Source: Paraspadella gotoi (taxonomy: Eukaryota > Animalia > Chaetognatha). Taken from it: 64,000 bases of DNA. The notes beneath the pieces were generated by a model. That model was not told where the DNA came from, searched no databases, and saw only the letters and a program-made list of their open reading frames with translations. The position numbers and the translations under genes are program-made. Positions 37,059-64,000 of the stretch are shown here, one piece after another (the first letter of the stretch is position 1; every line of letters starts with the position of its first letter). The stretch lies in assembly GCA_051294375.1 (NCBI GenBank), contig CM119266.1:7271431-7335430 (forward strand), written 5' to 3'.

Positions 37059-39184
37059 CAGTAATAAAAATATAATGGAATAATTTAGTTAAATATGTTC
37101 CTGAAATTTTACCTAAAAACGTAAATTGAAAAAAAATTATCTTTTTGTATTATTTTGGAAATTAAATCAGCATTTTCAAAAAAGGTAATTAAAATTAGTA
37201 CAACCAATATAAAAGTATCTATTCATTTCATAAACAAGCTATTTTGCCTCTGACTTTGGAAATAATATTTTCTTGTAATTTCACAATTCACAACTCATAA
37301 AAGTAGGTATTCTACCACTTGAATACTGAAGAAACTAGGTATGTTTTTGACTCCTAAACTTATAGAGGGATTGAGGCTTAAGTCGGGAGATCGATAGCTT
37401 ATTCATTAAATAAATGGAAAATTTTATATTGGTTTATCAATTCGTATTGTTTTAGTAATTACTAATAAGTTAAGTATGAAAGCGTTTATGCCCATAAGAA
37501 GCAGAAAAAAACTCACCGAAGATCTTAAACAGTGAATGTACTATTTTAGTAAAATAGTAAAATAGTAAAAATAGTAAAATTTTTACCATAATAATTAAAA
37601 AGTAAACTACAATTTTTTTTTCTTTTACTATTCGATTAACGCTTATAAAATGTCAAAAACATTTATTAAAATCGGCTCAAAACATGATCAATATCTTTGG
37701 TCCTAGAGAGAAGAAAGAAGAACTAGATATTGTAAACAATACAAAAATGTTTTGTCTTTCATTAATTACATCGGAGGTTCATGTTTCGAGATGAGTAAAA
37801 TTCCTTTAAACTAAAACTAGGTGAAGAGGTGCGTATATGTGCAGTGCACATTGTGCGCATATAACTTGGATGAACATTTTTATTTTATTATCTGCGTCGA
37901 AAAACCGAACATTCACCCATCGAGAGATAATATCTTTGTCTGTAAACATTTGGTCGCGAAATAAAAACCTAATTAGCCGAAAGAAGGGTGAAATTCAGGC
38001 CATCCAAGAAAGTTAGACCAGGTCACCGAAGAGGAGAGAGAGAGAGAGAGAATATAAATTAAGGACCAAGATGAAACCAGTAAATTGCGAACGTTGTTAC
38101 TACTGTGACATCAATTATTTTAACTATACAATACTCTATAGTCAAAACTCTATAACTCTATAACCCTTCCGCCAGGTCCCGAACAACCAAGCTAGACCAG
38201 GTTAGACAAACAAAGGTTAGAAGGTTAAGCAAAGGTTAACAAACAATAGGTTAGATAGCAACGCCTTGTTAGAACACAGGATCACCGATTGAAAGAGAGG
38301 TAAGCATATTTCAGACTCCATTAGTAAAGTTGTATTTCGTGAAGTATAATGAATGATAATATGATATATTATATATATTATATTTTTTTCATCATTTATT
38401 TGAATATATGATTATATTAAACCATCATCATCAATAGGAAGATTTTCAAACAGATTTTCCAAAAGAGCAATCTTTTGACAATATGCATGATAAATTTGGT
38501 TGCTTATTATGCAATATTTTATATGCTTAATTAATTTTTAATTATTGAATAGAATAATTCAATTTTCGAATAAATATTTGGGTTCAGAATTTTAGATCTA
38601 GACTATGAATCAAAATTTTGTATTTTTAAAAATATCTGATTCAAGGCATTCGATTTTGGAACAATCTGATGTTTTTCTTTTTTTGATATCTTTTATTTTA
38701 TCCAAAACTAAAATTCTGAATGACCATTGGTCAAGTTAAATATTTTTTTCAAAATCTTTAAAAAAATAAAGCATTGCTCAAATTGAGAATATTAGATGTT
38801 TTGTATAAAAAAGAAAATAAAAAAGCTTGAAATAAATAAAAATTAAAAAAATATATGTCTGTATCTGTATCTATTAAAATTTAATATGATAAACAAGCAG
38901 TGGGTCAAGTTTTTTTATTTCCAGTAAAAGATAATGAAAAATGAAATTCATTTTTATTTTTCTTTGCGTCTTAATTATTTTTTTATTACATATACAAAGG
39001 CAGTAAACTCTAAACTCCATAGCTTCTCCTCCCCCTCGCCAGGTCCGGAACAACCATGCTTTCCATGTGCGCAAAAATCGTATTACTCCAATTCCTCCCT
39101 CACTTCCGCTAAACAAAAGAACTCTCCATCATCCGACAACTAACGCCTCTCGTGACAAGCGACGACGTCCGACGTCCTGCATCC

Positions 39185-40050
39185 TCGACCAATGACAAAA
39201 GAGCTCGCGACGAACGAACCAATAGGGCGAGAGAACGAAGACACCAGCAATTTCGTAGCCGACCAATCAGAAGACAGAAACCGAGAGACTGGGACCTCAC
39301 AACACTAACACTCCCACGAATCAAGAGACGAAAAAAAAAGAAGAAAAATCTCACTAAAACACCTTTTTTCTCGTTGATCCAGATTCTGGAGTGTTGTTGC
39401 CATCGAATGTCCGATGGAACATCATCCAAATATATCTTATAAAAATTTAAACTGGAAGTAGATTCCAGGATTCCAGATTCTCGGACACAACGATATTTCT
39501 TGCCAAATTTAGAATCTTATGACTCAAAAAACAAACAAGGAAAGATTATATTAGCCAAACCTTTCCAACTAAACATCTTTTCTGCCGAGATGGCACCGAC
39601 GGCGCCGCCGGTCAATCCGGCGCCGCGGCGATGGAATCCGGCGCCGATAACGAGATTCGGACCGACCGACCGACACGTGGAATCTCGGCGCCGTCTCCTC
39701 CGGCAATGACGTCATCACATCCGGCCTGAAGAAATTTTTAGTATCTTCCAACTTTCGACTTTTTTTAATTCCCGCCGCCAGGATTATTATTTTTGACGTT
39801 AGTGACTTTTTTTACTTCCAAAAGGCGTCGACTTCCGGTTCCTCTTTTTCCATCTCACGTCCATTGTGATTTCCATCTCTTTTTCCATCTCATTTTCCTT
39901 TTGGAACATTCGACTCAGAATCCGTCTAACTCCAGTCGCATATTGACTTCCCTTTCCGGACACGCCCACTTCCGGTTTCAACTTCCGGCCTCAAAAACAT
40001 CCGGCCTCAAAAATTCCCGCCCAATGATATTTCTAGTCTTTCGCGCTTCT
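39185..40050 (+). promoter_or_regulatory. Putative promoter/5' region of the DLG5-like gene
   Basis: Three CCAAT boxes (~39189, 39219, 39263), TGACGTCA (~39707), several ACTTCCGG/ACATCCGG ETS-type motifs and TTCCCGCC/TTTCGCGC E2F-type motifs upstream of ATG 40343. Confidence 0.35.
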
Positions 40051-40342
40051 TTGACGCTTCATAATTCGATCGTTTTAGTCGCTAGTGAAAAAAAAAAGAA
40101 ACTAAATAATTAATTAATCGTAAGAAAGATAATCATTTTACTCAACAGCATCAACAACAACAACAACAACGACTATAAAATCTCCAACAAATCAACAACA
40201 AAACGATCGACTAGAGAAAGAATCGCTTGAAAAAAAAAAGAAAAAAAACTCGGCTCCACCGATTACCCCATCAAGCTACTATCAAACAACTCCAAAATCT
40301 CCTCCATCAACATCCACCGGGCCGACCCCTTCCCTTCGCGCC

Positions 40343-62810
<22,468 letters not shown>

Positions 62811-64000
62811 GTGAGTTGAAAGAAACAATTTGTTTCGTATTTCTTTGTTTTTTATTTGAATTTTTAATTCGTTAATTTTTGCTTAATTTTTTTGGTTTAT
62901 TTTGATAAATTTATTGTTTTTGATTTTAATTTGCTTCGTCCCAAAAACTGGGGGAACGCGTCAAGGAGAAATTCCAAAACTCAAAAACCAGTTTTTTTTT
63001 TTAATGAAAACTAATGGTGATTAAGCAATGTATGGAATTTTTCAAAACTTGAAGAAAAAAAAAGTATCTTCCAATTTATGCCACTTTTTAATGGAACCGG
63101 TTACTTGAATTTAGACACGCGAAACTCACGCTCGTAATTTTGATTTTTTTAAAAGGTGTTACCTCTCTCTCTCCTCTCTTTCTCTCTCGATGAAATGTCG
63201 AATGATACGATCAAGGCTTACGCCTACACGACATTTTATTTTATTATTTTTTAAATTTATTTTTATTTACGAACTCGAAACTCGTATTTTACGCTACTCA
63301 ATTTGTCTCTGTTACGCTCCTACTTCAATACCGACTTTAGGAGAAGATCTATGATTCATTCTTAGCGTTTTTTTCCCATTTGACATTTATTGAGTTTCTC
63401 GAGAGAAAGAGGGTAATTTAAGTATTAAAAATTATAATTAAATATCCCTTTAAAAAAACTCGTTTTACGAAAAGCGACTCAATTAACATAAAACTGGAAA
63501 GACTGCGTTGTCCTCATATGAGCTTCGAGTCTGGCGACTTACCTCTTAATTGCTGCAGCCGCTTATCCCGCTACAGAAGCCACCGCTGCGCATCAGTCAC
63601 CTTCCTCTTGCTTTATTACTACCTCCCTCACCCGCCCCGAGCCATCCCGGCTTTTTTTCAGCCGGCGTGGCTTTCGGCTATGGAAAGGCCCGGGGCCTTT
63701 GGGTACCAGATATTTTTTAACTGGTAGAGAACGTGATAGAGAGAGAGAGACGTTGAGACGAGGGATTAAGAGATCGAGAGGCAGGGAGACTTATTTTGAA
63801 CCGTAACCCTATAACCGTCAGTCACATTCTTTTAACCAAGTTCGTTTAAACTGACGAAATTCTTTCTTTAACCATAAAACCCAGATTCCAAAAAAGGAGA
63901 GCTAAACAAGCCATATTTGATGATTAAATAACAGACGATTTTGACGTTCATAGATTGATAATCAAAACAAATATTTTCTCGCTTCACGGATCTTCCTCCG

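Larger units (their letters stand above)
22079..37870. repeat. ~7.5-8-kb inverted duplication (arms 22079-~30325 and 30524-37870) centred on a (TC)n tract and a 25-N gap
   Basis: Reverse-complement identity along the arms with frequent 1-bp indels. Confidence 0.95.

Noticed and set aside
63520-63720. Possible hammerhead ribozyme on the minus strand (CCGAAA, stem, CTC ... CTGATGC)
   Set aside because: The core reads CTGATGC rather than CTGANGA, and stems I and II cannot form.

Overview
Eukaryotic, almost certainly animal, genomic DNA from an indel-prone draft assembly: GC-rich exons, AT-rich GT-AG introns, many microsatellites and eight N-gaps. The supplied ORF track is mostly spurious, so genes were rebuilt by hand from splice sites; coordinates are approximate. 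Genes: 3' end of a Cys-rich/VWC-like gene; a BAR-RhoGAP (RICH/ARHGAP17/44-like) gene with three tRNA-Trp(CCA) genes in one intron; a coiled-coil gene; a low-complexity gene; an intron-containing CmcJ/NvfI/AsaB-type Fe(II)/2OG oxygenase with a truncated tandem paralog; an LRR-LRRcap protein ending in CaaX; and a long DLG5-like gene with an antisense C2H2 zinc-finger segment in an intron. Two multi-kb inverted duplications centred on 25-N gaps (6056-15323, 22079-37870) are probably assembly or haplotype artefacts. The best leads are the possible horizontally acquired oxygenase, a ~640-bp TRIM whose PBS matches the local tRNA-Trp and which is absent from the mirror arm, a covarying RNA motif shared by two different mobile elements, and G-rich/C-rich complementary intron ends. 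No homology searches could be run.
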